64,000 nucleotides of DNA from Epiperipatus broadwayi (GCA_028023455.1 JAQFVV010000006.1:186001-250000), one strand, 5' to 3'; positions 26,540-40,300 are shown, numbered from the stretch's first letter. Notes: a model not told the origin generated them from the sequence alone. Translations and numbers: made by a program.

Positions 26540-27060
26540 CCCTATCTATACCATATCATACCCTGCCTGCAATCTCTACAAATCCTTTTTTTATTTCAAA
26601 ATCGTCTACCTACTGATATTAAAAATCTTTTACCTGTCCTTTTTCTTTTATTTTAGCTGCCTAACACCTTAATTATTTTTTTGTCCTTGTGTCAATACTT
26701 CTCACTCCAATTTGTTTTTAGCATCAGTGTATATAATTTATATAAATACTTGATGGTATGTATTTTAAATTAATAAATATTTCTAACCATATCCAAAATT
26801 TATTTACATTCTACCTTCCTGCATTCTTCATTTAATTTTCTTATTCATTGCAACAACTATATTTTATTTTCTTATCCAAAAGTTGTGTGCCATTTATTAC
26901 TGATGCCATTCATTTAATCTATCCATTTATGGCAACAGCTATCCATATACACTGTGCATCATTTATTACTGTAATGGGAACTACCTACCCATCACTACTG
27001 AGTTCAAATCCTGTGACTCAACTAGATAATAAGGAAGAGAGAAATAACTAATTTCACTAA
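26540..27060 (-). mobile_element. Decayed LINE RT/3' fragment
   Basis: Strand-skewed composition and RTE-like C-terminal wording on the minus strand; no intact motif. Confidence 0.3.
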
Positions 27061-30000
27061 TTATTATTGTTAAAAAGGGGATTAAATTGACAGATATCAG
27101 TTATACTTCCTAATCACCTATTTGGATAATCATCTCCACTGAATTGGCCAAACTTAGCCAATGCAAAGCACTTTATAAAACCTGAAAAGCTTTAAGCGCT
27201 ACCTTCATAGAAAGATGGCCTATAAGACTCTTATTGAGAGATACACCCAACATTTCCTTACAGATCACCCCATACGCTAGCTCTATTACTCTAATTTCTC
27301 AAGGCAAATAGCCTATCTTACAATAAACACCCATATTAATTATGGAGTGAGGTGAATGAAACATTGAACATAAGTTCTTGACTAAATACAACATAAAAAC
27401 TTATTTTATTAATTTCAATTAGAAATATAAAACAAATAAACAAACAAAAAACTAATTATAATAAAGATAGCAGAAAAGAAGAAAAAAAATCTCATCTATA
27501 ATTCATTATTTAGCAATAAGAGAACACTCCCTCCCTTCTATTCATTTCTTACTGTATAAATTATTACAGCAGACTATAGACATATAAATACACACACATA
27601 TAAAATAACAAATAAAAAATATACATTATATAATATCCATGCTGATATTACGCACACACAAAAAAAATATCAGTAAGTTAGATTATATTTTAATTCATGT
27701 TTTTCTACATATTAACAAATAAATAAAAAATTTATATACAACTTGATAAATTCTATACCCATACATACACTTCTACATGTATAGCTTAGTTTAAATAAGA
27801 TATTAATTTCCTAAATTGATATATTTCTAAAAAAAAAAAAAAAAAAGAAAATATAAGGAAAAAGAATAATAAATTTAAATGTTCTTTTCTTATTTATACC
27901 AAAACAGAGGGGCGGGACATTGTACAGATTTCTTTTCTGCTCTCTCTACATCTTTAAAACTCATCTGTAATGACCATTTCCCCCGCTTCCTAGCTAAAAC
28001 AAAACTTCCCTAGCATGCTCTCACACAGCTCTGTTCAAATGTGTGGCAACAAATGGGAGAAAAAGATGATTTTGGTTCTGCTACTTTTCTTGCTAGACAG
28101 GATTTCAGGTGCAGCTCACACGGTGATTATTTGAGGATTAGATCTGGTGCACTTGGTGAAGTTTTTGTTTAGTATATTTAACTTTTTTGGCTGCATTAAC
28201 ATTTTTTGTTAAGTCTTTCAAAAATAAATTCCAACAGATCTCCAATCAGTAAAAACCAATCTATCACTGATACCGATAGCTCACTTTCTCCTTGTTCTGA
28301 CTTAATTTCGGACTGCTTACAGCTAACTGTTCACTGACTCTGACTTCTCACTGCTGACTGTGGTTTTACCGAATACCCAAACAAAAGAACCAAATTTGAA
28401 TTATTTAATTTTTCTAATCAGCTTGCAGATGAATCTTTCTCAACTACTTACAATATAGGAATTTTAAAAAAAATTTATTAAGCAATTTAAAAATTAACTT
28501 TTGATAATTTAAAAAAAATTTAAAAAAAAATTACATCAAATGGATAAATCCTTTAATTACCCCCCAAAAGGAATTTGAATACAATACAACATTGTCTCTA
28601 ATTAGACACAGATACATTAAACACTATTTAATTTTTTTCTAGAAAAATTTTATTCCCCAAAAAAAAAATGAATAAAAACTTAGAAGTTTTTCATTTTTTT
28701 TTATCTATGACTTTAATTAAAACAAACTAACTTTATATTTTAATTAGATTTTTCTTTTATCTTAGATAAAAATAAATATAAAACGCATTAAAGAAAATTT
28801 GTTAACAAAAATTAAATCACAAAAAAAAAAAGAAAAGAAAAGATGCAATATGTAAATATTATACTACCTATCTGACTGCAGTATAAATAGGTGTGTATAT
28901 ACATTGGCCTCGAACGTCCTTTTAGTTTTTAAATTATATTTATACTTTTAAATTTTATAAGTCAACTAACACTTGACTCAGTGCTAGCTGACCAAAACTT
29001 GTGATGAAACTTTGATCATCATCAGTCACCATCACAATATATATTTATAGTAATCATGCGATCATTTTAAAATATCAAAACAGTAAATAAACATAATCTA
29101 CAAAACGAAATAGCAAGGCAATAAGCAATATGACACATATCTATCTAAGAGTCTATTAATGAATAATACATTAAAGATTAATCTACCTAAGAATCCATTA
29201 CTAAAAAATGTGGTACAGACATGATCTACGATAATCAAGCTACTGTTGCTGTCATGTCAATCAGTAATAAAACGACTACCCGCCTATTAAGGCTAAAAGT
29301 CTTGGGTCCCAAAAAGTAAAAATTCCTTGTCCCAATTTCAAGTATATAAAAAGATTGCATTAAAAGTTTAAATAGGCATAGAAGGAATGTGATAACAATA
29401 AAAAAAAAATTCTGTTATAAATTTTTTCTGCATAACATATAAGAATTCATGGTCAATCTATAAACCTGATATTTTTGTAATAACATTTATTACACTATTT
29501 TAACGTTGACTAACCTAAATAAACATTGTAAATGGATTTACCCCTTTGCTTAGTAGCTTAATGTGCTTTTGAAAACAAAACATAACACATGTAAATGGAC
29601 ATAAGCTTTTTCCTAGTAACATCAATGTGCCTTTGGTGGAATGTATAAATTTTAGTATCCAAACAAAGTTTAAGATTACAACCAATTAAATCACCAATAT
29701 TAAACTTAACTAGATTTGACATCCTTTCGAGTACAATCATTACACAATATAAATTTTACCAATTTTCAACCTGACGACTTGCATCCCAATACAATCTACA
29801 ATCCCTCAATTTAAATACTAAATCTTTCAAAATGTAAAATAATCACACATGTTCAAAGCTTACTGTGAATTATTTTAAACTACAATTACAAATTATAACA
29901 TTTTAAATATAAAGTGATACTATTTAATAATTAACAAATCTTATGTCTCTTCTCTAGATTTGCCACCTATTGCAAGTCTAAGTTATTATTAGATGTTAAT

Positions 30001-30305
30001 GCTTAATAAAACTCCACCCAGTGCTATACTCTATCCCCAGAATTAGGTAAAAAAACCGGAGTAGAGAAATATTTTCTACTTAAAAGTAATGTGTGAGCAG
30101 AGATCCATATGATGCTTTTTGGTTTTATAATAATTAATCTATCCACCATATTATAAACCGAATATGCTCAAAACTAAATAGGAAATAAAACAAATTAATC
30201 GAATACATTTAATTTATATATACACATACATAGAAAGAAAAAAAAAATATGAGGAAAAAAGGATGGTAATAGAAATAAAAATAAACAGATAAGTTAAATG
30301 ATTAC

Positions 30306-30388
30306 CCGCTTTGTCTTTCTGGATAGTGCTATCTTCTAAATAGTAAAAAATAGAATGAAATGCAGATGGATCGGTTGAGTGAGTTACT
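30306..30388 (-). CDS. PI4KA: PI4KA exon (83 nt): (R)VTHSTDPSAFHSIFYYLEDSTIQKDKA+G
   Basis: Acceptor tttttcctag, donor gtaat; conserved ED..IQKDK. Confidence 0.95.
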
Positions 30389-31255
30389 CTAGGAAAAAAA
30401 TATAAGAAGCTATTTATATAAATATATTAAAGTAATAATTAGTTAAAGATGAAAATAAATATATATATAATTTTATATACTGTGTCTAAAGAAATATTAA
30501 TTATGTTAATAATACATCTAGATCGAGAATGCTCAGTTTTTTGTTCATGTGAGTGATTTTTTTAAATAGCGCAATCAATACTAGGTATATCTGTGTGTAT
30601 TCTGTACATAATAGATATGTACATGTGCAAGTAACTATATATTAGACTAAGCCAATAAACATCACATGATCACATGACATATTGGACTATTTCCATCATC
30701 TAATATTAATTGTCAAATGTTTTTAAAAAAATTCAAACTTTATTTAAACTTTTCAAATAAATATAAACTGTTAGTAATAGCACGTGGATTAGTATATAAC
30801 ACAAAGTTTTGAGTGGGATATTCTCCTCTCTTCTTCAGCTCTTGCTGACCTGACCAATGACAGTACTAGCACACTAATCAAACCTGGCACTTGCAGACTC
30901 GTGAATAATAAATTTAAGATGATACCCTAACAAAATAGGTTGTTGTGTTAAAGGCAACATATACTTATCTATGAGGATTCTCTTGATTTCAACTTTTTTT
31001 TCTCTTAAGATTAATAAATAGTTTCCAAATACTATGAATTATTACACTAGATTGATTTATTAGATTTGATGAAGCTTGTAATAAAGCATAATATAATTAC
31101 ATATATATACATTAAATGTGTATACAATACAGAAGTGAATATATTAATATGTATTATTAAAAACTAGTCAATACTTAGACAATCCTAATATCAATAACAA
31201 TCAACAATCTCAATCTGTTGTCAAGGCAACTTCATATATGCGATTGTTACATATA

Positions 31256-32213
31256 CACCTGGGTCTCATTTTACGCGATAGATAGGTTCCTCAGAAAACA
31301 CGCGCAAAAGAAATCGCACAAAAATAGACGTAACTTACCTTGAAAAAGGGGGGATACGAATTGTGATTTTTCAAAACTCGCATAAAAGCAAAGCACCAAT
31401 ATAAAATTACTTTAAAATTCGCGCAAAAAAAAATAAGGAAATAAAATATAACTAATAAAAAATTTCAGATTTGAAAAAAATTGATGCAAGACAAACTTTT
31501 TTTAACTATAACATTTAATTTTATTCAAAACAATATATTTTTATGCATAATTTACAGTAATTTACATTTTTTTATACACGTTTTAATTATTATCGCTATT
31601 TGCCGATAAACAGGTTCGTTTGCAAACTGGTAAAAAATCAGATTCTTCACAAGAGGAAATACAACTAGCGCCAACTTCACTCTCATGTTGTGTTAATGGT
31701 TTTCTGGTGTCAATGTAATTAGTAATTAATCTAACAACTAAAAATTAAATTCTTATTTTTGTCTTTAATTTTCACTTTTAATTGTGCCCACTGCTATTAC
31801 TCACCTTTTAAAAATAAACTTGCGGATACTAAATGATTAATAATTGATTATGTTCTTTTTTAAAAAGCAAAAACAGAATGTGATTTAAAATGCAAAATTA
31901 ACACGCACAATGTTTGAACAAATTTACATTATAATCTTGTAAAATCTAATGTGGGTATACATAAAATGTGGAAATCATGATTTTAATTTCATTATTGCAT
32001 AAAATCTTACTATTATAAAGCCCTGAAAATATTGAAATTACTAAGATGAAAGTCGAATTCCAATAATGTGCTATTACTTTCAATATGACGTAAGTGCGCG
32101 AAATTTATTATTTAAAGTAATAGCGCATTATTGGAGTTTGACTTCCGAAGAAACATGAATCACGTAACTTCAAAATCGCATTAAATAAATTTGCGTAAAA
32201 CGAGACCCAGGTG
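31256..32213 (+). mobile_element. pogo/Tigger-like non-autonomous element, copy 3
   Basis: Same TIRs and TA flanks; same orientation as copy 2, with internal deletions. Confidence 0.9.
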
Positions 32214-33390
32214 TATATATATAATACCTGCAAATGTTATGTACATATATAAAAATTGCTTATAATAATATATAAGTATTAAGAAAGCTTTATTTAAATA
32301 ATATTAAATTGAAATTATTAAATAATGAGGAATCTCAAATATGTAAACAATTAAGTTGAGATATTAAGTACATTTAAGTAGGGTAAAACGAGCATTATAT
32401 AGTAAAAAGAAATCTTCAAATTTCTCAAAATGATCATGTGATCCTGGAATAAACCCAGATTTTTGTGACTTCTCAACTCCAGAAAACCTATAAAAACAAG
32501 GAGAATAAACAATCAGATAATAGTACCTCATGTCTTTTTCAGAGGACAATACCAGCATCTCCTGCCACTAAAGGTGCAGAAAGCGGAATTAAATAATAAA
32601 GGTTACTAATCTTACTTTATTTTACGAAGCCTTAGACTAGACCAATCAATATATGCTGAATAAATTATAGTCTGCGATATTCAAAGTTTAGTGAAAGATT
32701 TGAGCTCATCTCATACATCTGAGTATGGCAGGTTCAATTACTGTTGTATCTGCTTCCAATTCAGTGCTCTTCCAGTGAAATCTGTTTAATTGATTTAATT
32801 TCTCTTTTCTATATTCACAAAGTAATTGTTATATTTAAATTCAATACTTGTCCGACTCATGATTTCCCATGGAAGGATTTAAGTTAGGCTATGAATTACA
32901 ATCCCTGATGAATGTTCATTGAAAAAAAGCAAAATATGAATACATATATATAACAATATAAAAACAAAATTAGAAAAATATAATTATTACTGAGCATTTG
33001 CATCAAATAGTGATTTTGTCAAATCTGAATAATAAGAAAAAACGGATAAATACTTATCGAAAAGTTCATTCGCATATAAGAATTTCTGAATTTATAACAC
33101 ATCTGAAAATGGCGATTCCCCTAATATTTATCACAATTGAATACTATTTGTTTTTTAACATCTAGATATATTTTTACGATCTTAGAATTAATCATTTTGG
33201 ATTTTAATTATTTCTATCTCAATCTATCCGTTTGAAATTTGTACCATATATGAATTGTTTTGATGATTACTAAGAGTGTCGAGATTGACTTGTAAATTGA
33301 TTTTGACTGATGAGCAACCCCCCCGATCTATATATGTTGAAATAAAAGTAATTTTTTTTTCCTTCAAAACAAAGTATTAATCTAACTAAC

Positions 33391-33524
33391 CTTAAAACTT
33401 CCAGGCGATAAACTGAAAGCAAGTAAGTACACTGAGCAAAGTTCAATTTATTCACAATTGGGGTAATTTCATGAGGATGGACCAAAAGAGCTAAAATATT
33501 TTGTCGCAGTTCTTGTAGTTCTGC
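33391..33524 (-). CDS. PI4KA: PI4KA exon (134 nt): AELQELRQNILALLVHPHEITPIVNKLNFAQCTYLLSVYRLEVL+AG
   Basis: Acceptor ttattag, donor gttagt; conserved TYLLSVYRLE; overlaps track ORF 33270..33485. Confidence 0.96.
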
Positions 33525-33630
33525 CTAATAATGTAAAAAAAAAAAAAACAACAATTTTTCTAATAAGACTAAAGAGAATTATAAAATAAAGATACAAATG
33601 TAACAATCACAATATTTCATAATTGAAAAG

Positions 33631-33773
33631 TAATATATATTAAGGCTATAACCTTAAGATGCAACAGCCGGCCGCTCTTGTCTTTTAAAGTTTAATTTTG
33701 TGTTAAGATTTGTAGAGGTCCTACTGTCGAATCTAGGCGCATAGTCTTAAGGTTATAACCTTAATATATATTA
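33631..33773. mobile_element. Small MITE (TIR core TAAGGCTATAACCTTAAGA)
   Basis: 29-bp inverted ends with one mismatch; related copy at 58045-58153. Confidence 0.75.
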
Positions 33774-34124
33774 TTTATGTAATGAGTATGCACTTAACAA
33801 ATTATTAATTACAATGTTAAATAATTGAAAAGATACATTTTAACAGAAATGGCTATAATAGTTTCTTTTTTATAACTGTTACATTTTACAACCTATAGTT
33901 AACTTAGAAATTCTAATTCAATTTCTATTTATTTGGATGAAATCTTGTAACTAATTTTTAACATACTTCTAATGAATGGATATCCTTCAAATTATGCATT
34001 GATGACAATGTAATATGGCATTAAAATATTTCGTGGTTGTCCAGTCATTTGTCTGGTCTAACAGTGTTGATGGGCCAAATTTTAAACAATATTGATATCA
34101 ATTCATAAAGTTTTCAATAATATG

Positions 34125-34138
34125 CCACTAGATGGCAG
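34125..34138 (+). promoter_or_regulatory. CTCF-like motif CCACTAGATGGCAG
   Basis: Matches the CTCF core consensus CCASYAGRKGGCRS; sequence match only. Confidence 0.4.
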
Positions 34139-34892
34139 TATATATTTTAAAAATATGCTTTCATTGAATTTCATGATTAATTCATTAAAAAATGTTTGCA
34201 ATTACTTGAAATCAAAAAAAAAAAAAGAAACGAAGGATGAAATATTTGCCTTAACTGTTTAACTAAAATTAGCTTTTTTTTAAAAAGCCTATCTACATAA
34301 ACAAAAAATCTTGCAAACGATTTTTAAAGCATCCAATTTCATTTTAAATATTAGAAATATGGCGATATTGTTTACATTTAATTTTTAGATTTGAAAATAG
34401 TTACAAAACATTGTAAAATATCTGAAGACTAAAAAATAAAAAATTATATATATAAAAAAATATTTTATAAAAAATGTTTTTATTTAATTTGAGGCATAAT
34501 GCACGAAATAGGAAAAAATATTTTTTTCCTTGTAGCATAATTTAAGTTATTATATTTAACTTGAAGTAAAAGAGTGATTGAATTAATTAATTTCTGGATG
34601 TTACATGCTTTTATTTAAAGTTTAAAAAATAACAATTAAAATTGTGATTGAAGAAAATTTATTTATTTTTCTCCTTTTCAGTACATTAATTCTCAAACTA
34701 AATGCAAGTGTTTTTTTTTATATATATAAAAAAAATTATATACATTATTAACAATTTATTTGAAGTAATCTGTTTTATTTTTTTAAAATTTTAACTTAGA
34801 CAATGAAACTTATTTATATTAATATTTTTCCTAAATTGGGTTATTTTTATAAAAAAAAGAAAAAGTGATCCAGAGATTAATTTTTATTACAT

Positions 34893-36060
34893 AGACCAAA
34901 GGTTGGCAAAATTTTTAATACGAAGAGCCACTTTGCTTAAATCTCCCATCCGTTCCCCATTAAATAGCTGCAGGAAGAGAAATATCTACCCCCCCCACAC
35001 ACACACATTTATGAGCCACAAAGAAAAAGATTTCCCTAAACAATATAAATTTCTGGATGGCTGTGGATATATCTGCACATTTATTTTAATAATAGACCAT
35101 AATAGAATCCTTGCATATCATAAAGAAAATAAAAATTCTCTTAAAAAAAAAATAAAGACAAAAAAATTCTTTGACAGTTTGATATATTCACAAATTTCTA
35201 ATATTTAAACATTCATGAATATACAATAATTACTATTAATATATATACAAGTGCTTTAAAATGCTGGTTGAAGAAGCTGTTAATAGCAAACAATTAAAAT
35301 CCAGGCTAAGCGCTTTCGAGATGTTATCCCTCATAATGATAGCCAAAATAGTAATAGTTGTAGTGATATTATCAAATGGTAATATATGCAAATGTATATG
35401 TAAATTAATCAGCTTGTCCATTTTCTGGAGATAGCGAAGCATGTGTCATGTCAATTAATTGCGTTATTCTATAATAAGAATGAATTCAAGAAAAAATGAT
35501 ATAATGTGCATTTTTCATCTCCTAGAGTCATCAAAATATTTATTTACAACTTACAAGAGAAAATAAAGTGTTTTTATATTTATAATGATAAAAATAACCA
35601 CGAGAATGGGATCAATGAGCCGCACATGGCTTGTGAGCTGTACAGTTGTATAAAAAATAAATGCTTCGAATGCACATGCAAAGACTTAGGACAACTTGAA
35701 TTCTACACACTCTCACATCATACTGTAGCGATCTGTGAGGTGTGCGATAATACCGCGAAGCACAAAAGCTACTTAGCGGCCAATATGAACAGACGTGAGC
35801 AGTATATTTCTGTGCTTTTGCATGGAAACAGTGACATCAGGCAGTGTGCGGGGGCTAATCGATGACAACCAAGGAAGATTACACAAATCATTCAAAAATA
35901 ACTTACAAACAATTTTTTTTTTTTCTGAAGATTTATGATAAGATGGATTATTTCCATCGTATAACTGAATTTTTAAATGTTTTTAGAAAAATCCAAATTT
36001 CATTTGCACTTTTCCAAACACATTCATCTGTCAGAGTAACATGCAATTTAGAATAGAATG
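34893..36060 (+). mobile_element. Degenerate hAT-Charlie (GTF2IRD2/EPM2AIP1-like) transposon remnant
   Basis: Charlie-like end tagaccaaaggttggcaaaattttt...gaagagcca; ORF 35506..35865 aligns loosely to the recalled KPFxxGEF..C, LSxxTVxRR and SLxLDESTDI blocks (EPHMACEL, LSHHTVA, ISVLLHGNSDI). Confidence 0.55.
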
Positions 36061-38958
36061 CAATACTTCAAATGATATAATTTTTCTCTCTTCTTAAGAT
36101 GTTAGAAGGAATTGAACTGGAAACCTTTAGATTTGTCAATATTAAATTCAATATGATGCTTATATTTGCATGGACTGCGGAATATGCTCGAATACAGCTG
36201 AAGAAGTTATGCGAATTGTAGTAAAAAAAATCTATCATGCCTGATGATTGGGACTGATATTTCTTCACATTTTTTTTTTTTACATAGAATTCAAAATGTG
36301 TTAACCTGTTTACTACATAATTCATCTAGATAATGAAAATGGTTCAATATATAATTAGATGTGATATGCTGGACTATTTCCATCATCTATGAATGAATGT
36401 TGAATGTATAAAAAAATTTTTAAACTTTATTTAAACTTTCCAAATACAAATAACTTGTTAGTAATAACACATAAATATATAACACAAGTTAGTGATTTCT
36501 TTGAAAATAATTTATACAATCTAAATAAGATTTTATAAAAAAATAAAATTTATTTTGATTACGGTCAGTCTTAAAAAGATACCGAAGATCAAATACTAAT
36601 CCCTTATCCAATTAATTTTTTTTTATTTTTGCAACAAATATAAGTTAATACTGTCTAAGCAATCAGTCAAAATTTTATTTTGGTTTAAATAAAAGAACGA
36701 TTTACCGTTTTAAAGATAATAAGTTTTCACTATCTATGAATGTATAAATTTAATCAACAAATGTTATTAGCAGTATTTTTGACTAAAAGATACTTTTTAC
36801 TCCATTATTCTAATAGCATAATATAAAAAGTATTATAACAATATATACAAAAAATATATATAAAAAAAACAAAAACACTTTTATTATTTCATTTGATGAC
36901 TAGGGAACTAAAAAGCAAAAAATAATTTTTTCCTTGAATCACAATTTTGGTTGTTACATGTAACTTTAAATAAAATTGTGAGGCATCCTTAAATTAATTA
37001 ATTTGAAGTTTTTTAGGAAACTTGTGATGAAATAAATACTCTATTGTTGATCGAATTAATTAATTTATGGATGCATCCACCCCCCACCCCCCAGTTTTAT
37101 TTAAAGTTATATATAACAACTAAAACTGAGGTTCAAAAAAAAAAACAATATTATTTTTTAGTGTTTGGATATTTTGAAATTGATTTAAGAACTCTATATT
37201 ACTTCAATTTCTCAAAATCAGTTTTTTGGATAGTGCAAAATTCAAGACATGTATATCGATATGGAGTTCAGACCTTCATTATATATTCTGTAGTTAATAG
37301 ATAATTATAATTATGGCAATATTTATCAATTGCGTCCAGTTTACATCAAGTTTTTTTAATGAAAGAAATTAAAAATATCTGTTTTTTTGCTGGAGAATTC
37401 TATTGTGTAGTACGTTATATGAAAATTAATCCTACAAGTGATCGTAACGTGCATGCCAAGAGAAAAGCCAAATTCATGATATAATTTAGCTTTTTTAACT
37501 CGTATTCTTTTAAATATTCAAAATCGTTAAAAAAGATCCTATTCATATAGATTTATTATATTAAAAAAAAAAAAAGATTTTCACTGATAACAGATATATA
37601 TTCAGATTCATCCATTTATAATTAGCACTACTACTATACCAACATTCCAATGATAACTGGGTAAGAAATGTTATTTTAAAAAACATGGTTCAAGATTCTC
37701 CAAGCAAGTCCATAGAACAAAATTAAAAGTTCATTATGCCCATGAAAATATCATTTTCATATATATATTGTACCGTTCGTGATTTGATTTAGAGCTTTTT
37801 TCGTGCACTAGAAAGTGCAAGTTAATCAAGCTATGAAAAAGAAAATATATTCCGATCATATATGAGTCCGGACATCTCAAGAACATAGCTATATTTCCTG
37901 ATTAACTGGCCTAATAATTATTACGATTTGAATTGTTGGTGGAATCAGTTTTTTATTTATTTAGAAAAGGACAACAGAATTCTATACAAGAATTTAATGA
38001 TCCGTTGCATCACATCGTCATTTACGAAGCAAATTATTAAAAGATTGGGAATTATGTTTTCTTGTCATTTTAAAGCTTTTATATGAATTTTTCCCAAGGT
38101 TTAAGTATTAAATAAGCACTTAACTTACAATAAATCTAATAAACTAACATTAATAATGCACAATGAAAAGTTGACATTAAAGATGAATATTTTATTATAA
38201 CAAATTAAAATATTTAAACGATAAATTATGGAAAGCACATACATGCTAATCCAGATAATAATTTTAAATATTTAAAATAATTCATTTCTTTTTAGTTCTC
38301 TTTTTAGAAAGCAATCCATTGATAAAATGTCTATAATTAATCAGGGAATGTCTCTATCGGTAGTATATTATAAGCTTATAGTTTAGGTTAGTTTGCAAAC
38401 ACTTAATTTAGTCACAAATCAGGAATGGATAATCTTAGCATACTGGTAAGTTTGTATAGATTCTTGTAGGATACATGTATTTCTTGTGATCCTGAGCTCA
38501 TTGGAAGTTAATTGATTTCTTATGTCAACATTTTCACACTCCTGGTCTGTTTTAAGGCTGTACTCAGAAGCTCTTTTGGGATGACCTCTTCATTACAAAA
38601 GATGGTGTCTGCAATGCTTTGTTCCCATTCCCGCACGAAGACTTCGCTCAGCAGGTGAGTAGTATTCCTGGGCAGACGCATTTCACTACCTAAGGCCTTC
38701 ACAGGAACATCTAGCCAAAAGAATAAAATAAGAAGACCCAGATCGAAATGTATTCTTTTTATACTCTCGATTCAGTTTTGCAGCTTCTGCGCATATTATT
38801 GTTATCAGATAGTGTAAGTTGATAATCTTATACATTTATTTTTCTTTTTAGTTCGAAAGACTTTTTTTATGAATTACATCGGCCATCATTAATTGGCGTT
38901 AAAACTTTTTACGATGGTAATCTATTGCATTTGTACTTCTTTGTTTTTGTTTAAGTGC

Positions 38959-39230
38959 ATTAATATATATGTGCTCTGCGCACAGATAATGAAGCTATTA
39001 ATAAATTGTCATGAAATTATTAAAATTTTACCGCCAAGTGCTTTCGGGACAGTCTACAGTCCCATATTCATGGCGAGTTATTCTGTTAATAACTGTAAAA
39101 TAACAAAATAACTCGCCATGAATATGGGACTGTAGACTGTCCTGAAAGCGCTTGGCGGTAAAATTTTAATAATTTCATGACAATTTATTAATAGCTTCAT
39201 TATCTATGCGCAGAGCACATATATATTAAT
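38959..39230. repeat. Long inverted repeat: 130-bp arms, 12-nt loop
   Basis: Arms 38959-39088 and 39101-39230; 4 transition mismatches counted by eye. Confidence 0.95.
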
Positions 39231-39786
39231 TTATTTAAGCGTTAATGAAGTAAAATCTTAACTATTTTAAGTGGATTAATAATCTGCGTATCTTTTTTAT
39301 TCCCTCTAATTTTAACTTTTATTTATAATTAAATAGATAATTGGAACAAAAATAAATCATACTAACTAAAAAAAACTAAATTGCGTCTTTTGAACAATCT
39401 TTAAATTTTACTCCTTTTTAGTTTTTTTAAATATTATCAAATGCCAATATATTCATGAACCATATTTATTTTAATACGATTTAATATAAACTAGTATGTG
39501 ACTTTAATAAATGTATTGACATTAAGTATCATTAAGTATAATCAATGAAGGAATAGTGTAATTAACAACGTCACAATGCAAATTTTAAAATTAAATATGG
39601 TTTGAATAATACCAACTGTTACAGCTTGAATTTATATTTTGACAATGACCAGTTTCATTCTGGATGCATGAAACTTTAAAATTTGTGCAATACAGAGCAG
39701 TAAGTATTTTCCTTCCATAGGCATATTTGCAAACATTTAAATCACAATTATTCTGCATATTTCCAATAATATTACCAACTTCTTAC

Positions 39787-39917
39787 CAAAGATACACTGT
39801 CATTTCGGAGAGCAGAATTATATTGCAGTTCTGATCGTAAATGTTCCTTTGAAATCAACAAAGGAGATTTAGTAGCAATTTCACAAACACCTTCATACCA
39901 TTCATGGGGCCACAAAC
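39787..39917 (-). CDS. PI4KA: PI4KA exon (131 nt): (G)[43 protein letters not shown]
   Basis: Acceptor ttttttaag, donor gtaaga; conserved [19 protein letters not shown]. Confidence 0.97.
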
Positions 39918-40219
39918 CTTAAAAAAAAACAAAAACAAATATACTTAAAATAAATTGTTATATCTCAAGAAAAACTCAGTTATAATAAGATATAGCCAAA
40001 ATAAAGTTTTAGTTGGTAATCCTAAAAACAAAATCATCAATAATAAAAGTAAAAAATAGCAAATCAAAAGTAAATATTATTTATAAAATTATTTGTTTTA
40101 TTAATTAATCTAACAACTTTCTCCATACAGTAGTACCACCTAGTGCAAACCATAGTAATCAATAGATGCAAGTCAGTTATTGCATCAGCATCTCTATCTT
40201 GTGCCTACTCATCCAAAAT

Positions 40220-40300
40220 CCCCAGACTAGTTTCTAGCTTATGGTTTTCATCAGAGGAGCCTTGGATCTGAGAATACTGCACCTAGATCTTTGGATCTAA
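40220..40300 (-). mobile_element. Hammerhead-bearing repeat, degenerate copy
   Basis: Minus strand reads ggctcct-CTGATGA-aaaccataagcta-GAAAC-TA-GTC-tgggga; flank homologous to the 13.2-kb and 16.9-kb copies. Confidence 0.7.

Noticed and set aside
32364-32600. Exon-like pair with a 39-nt GT-AG spacer, and a 13-nt word shared with ~9705 (SGVEK)
   Set aside because: The spacer is very short, the peptide is unrecognisable, and a 13-mer match is expected by chance in 64 kb
33270-33485. Track ORFs 33270..33485 and 52527..52760 as stand-alone genes
   Set aside because: They are PI4KA exons read through into introns
35506-35865. Cys-rich, CpG-rich ORF as a novel or viral zinc-finger gene
   Set aside because: Starts at GTG, follows a Charlie-like terminus and aligns loosely to hAT-Charlie transposase blocks; best explained as a decayed transposase
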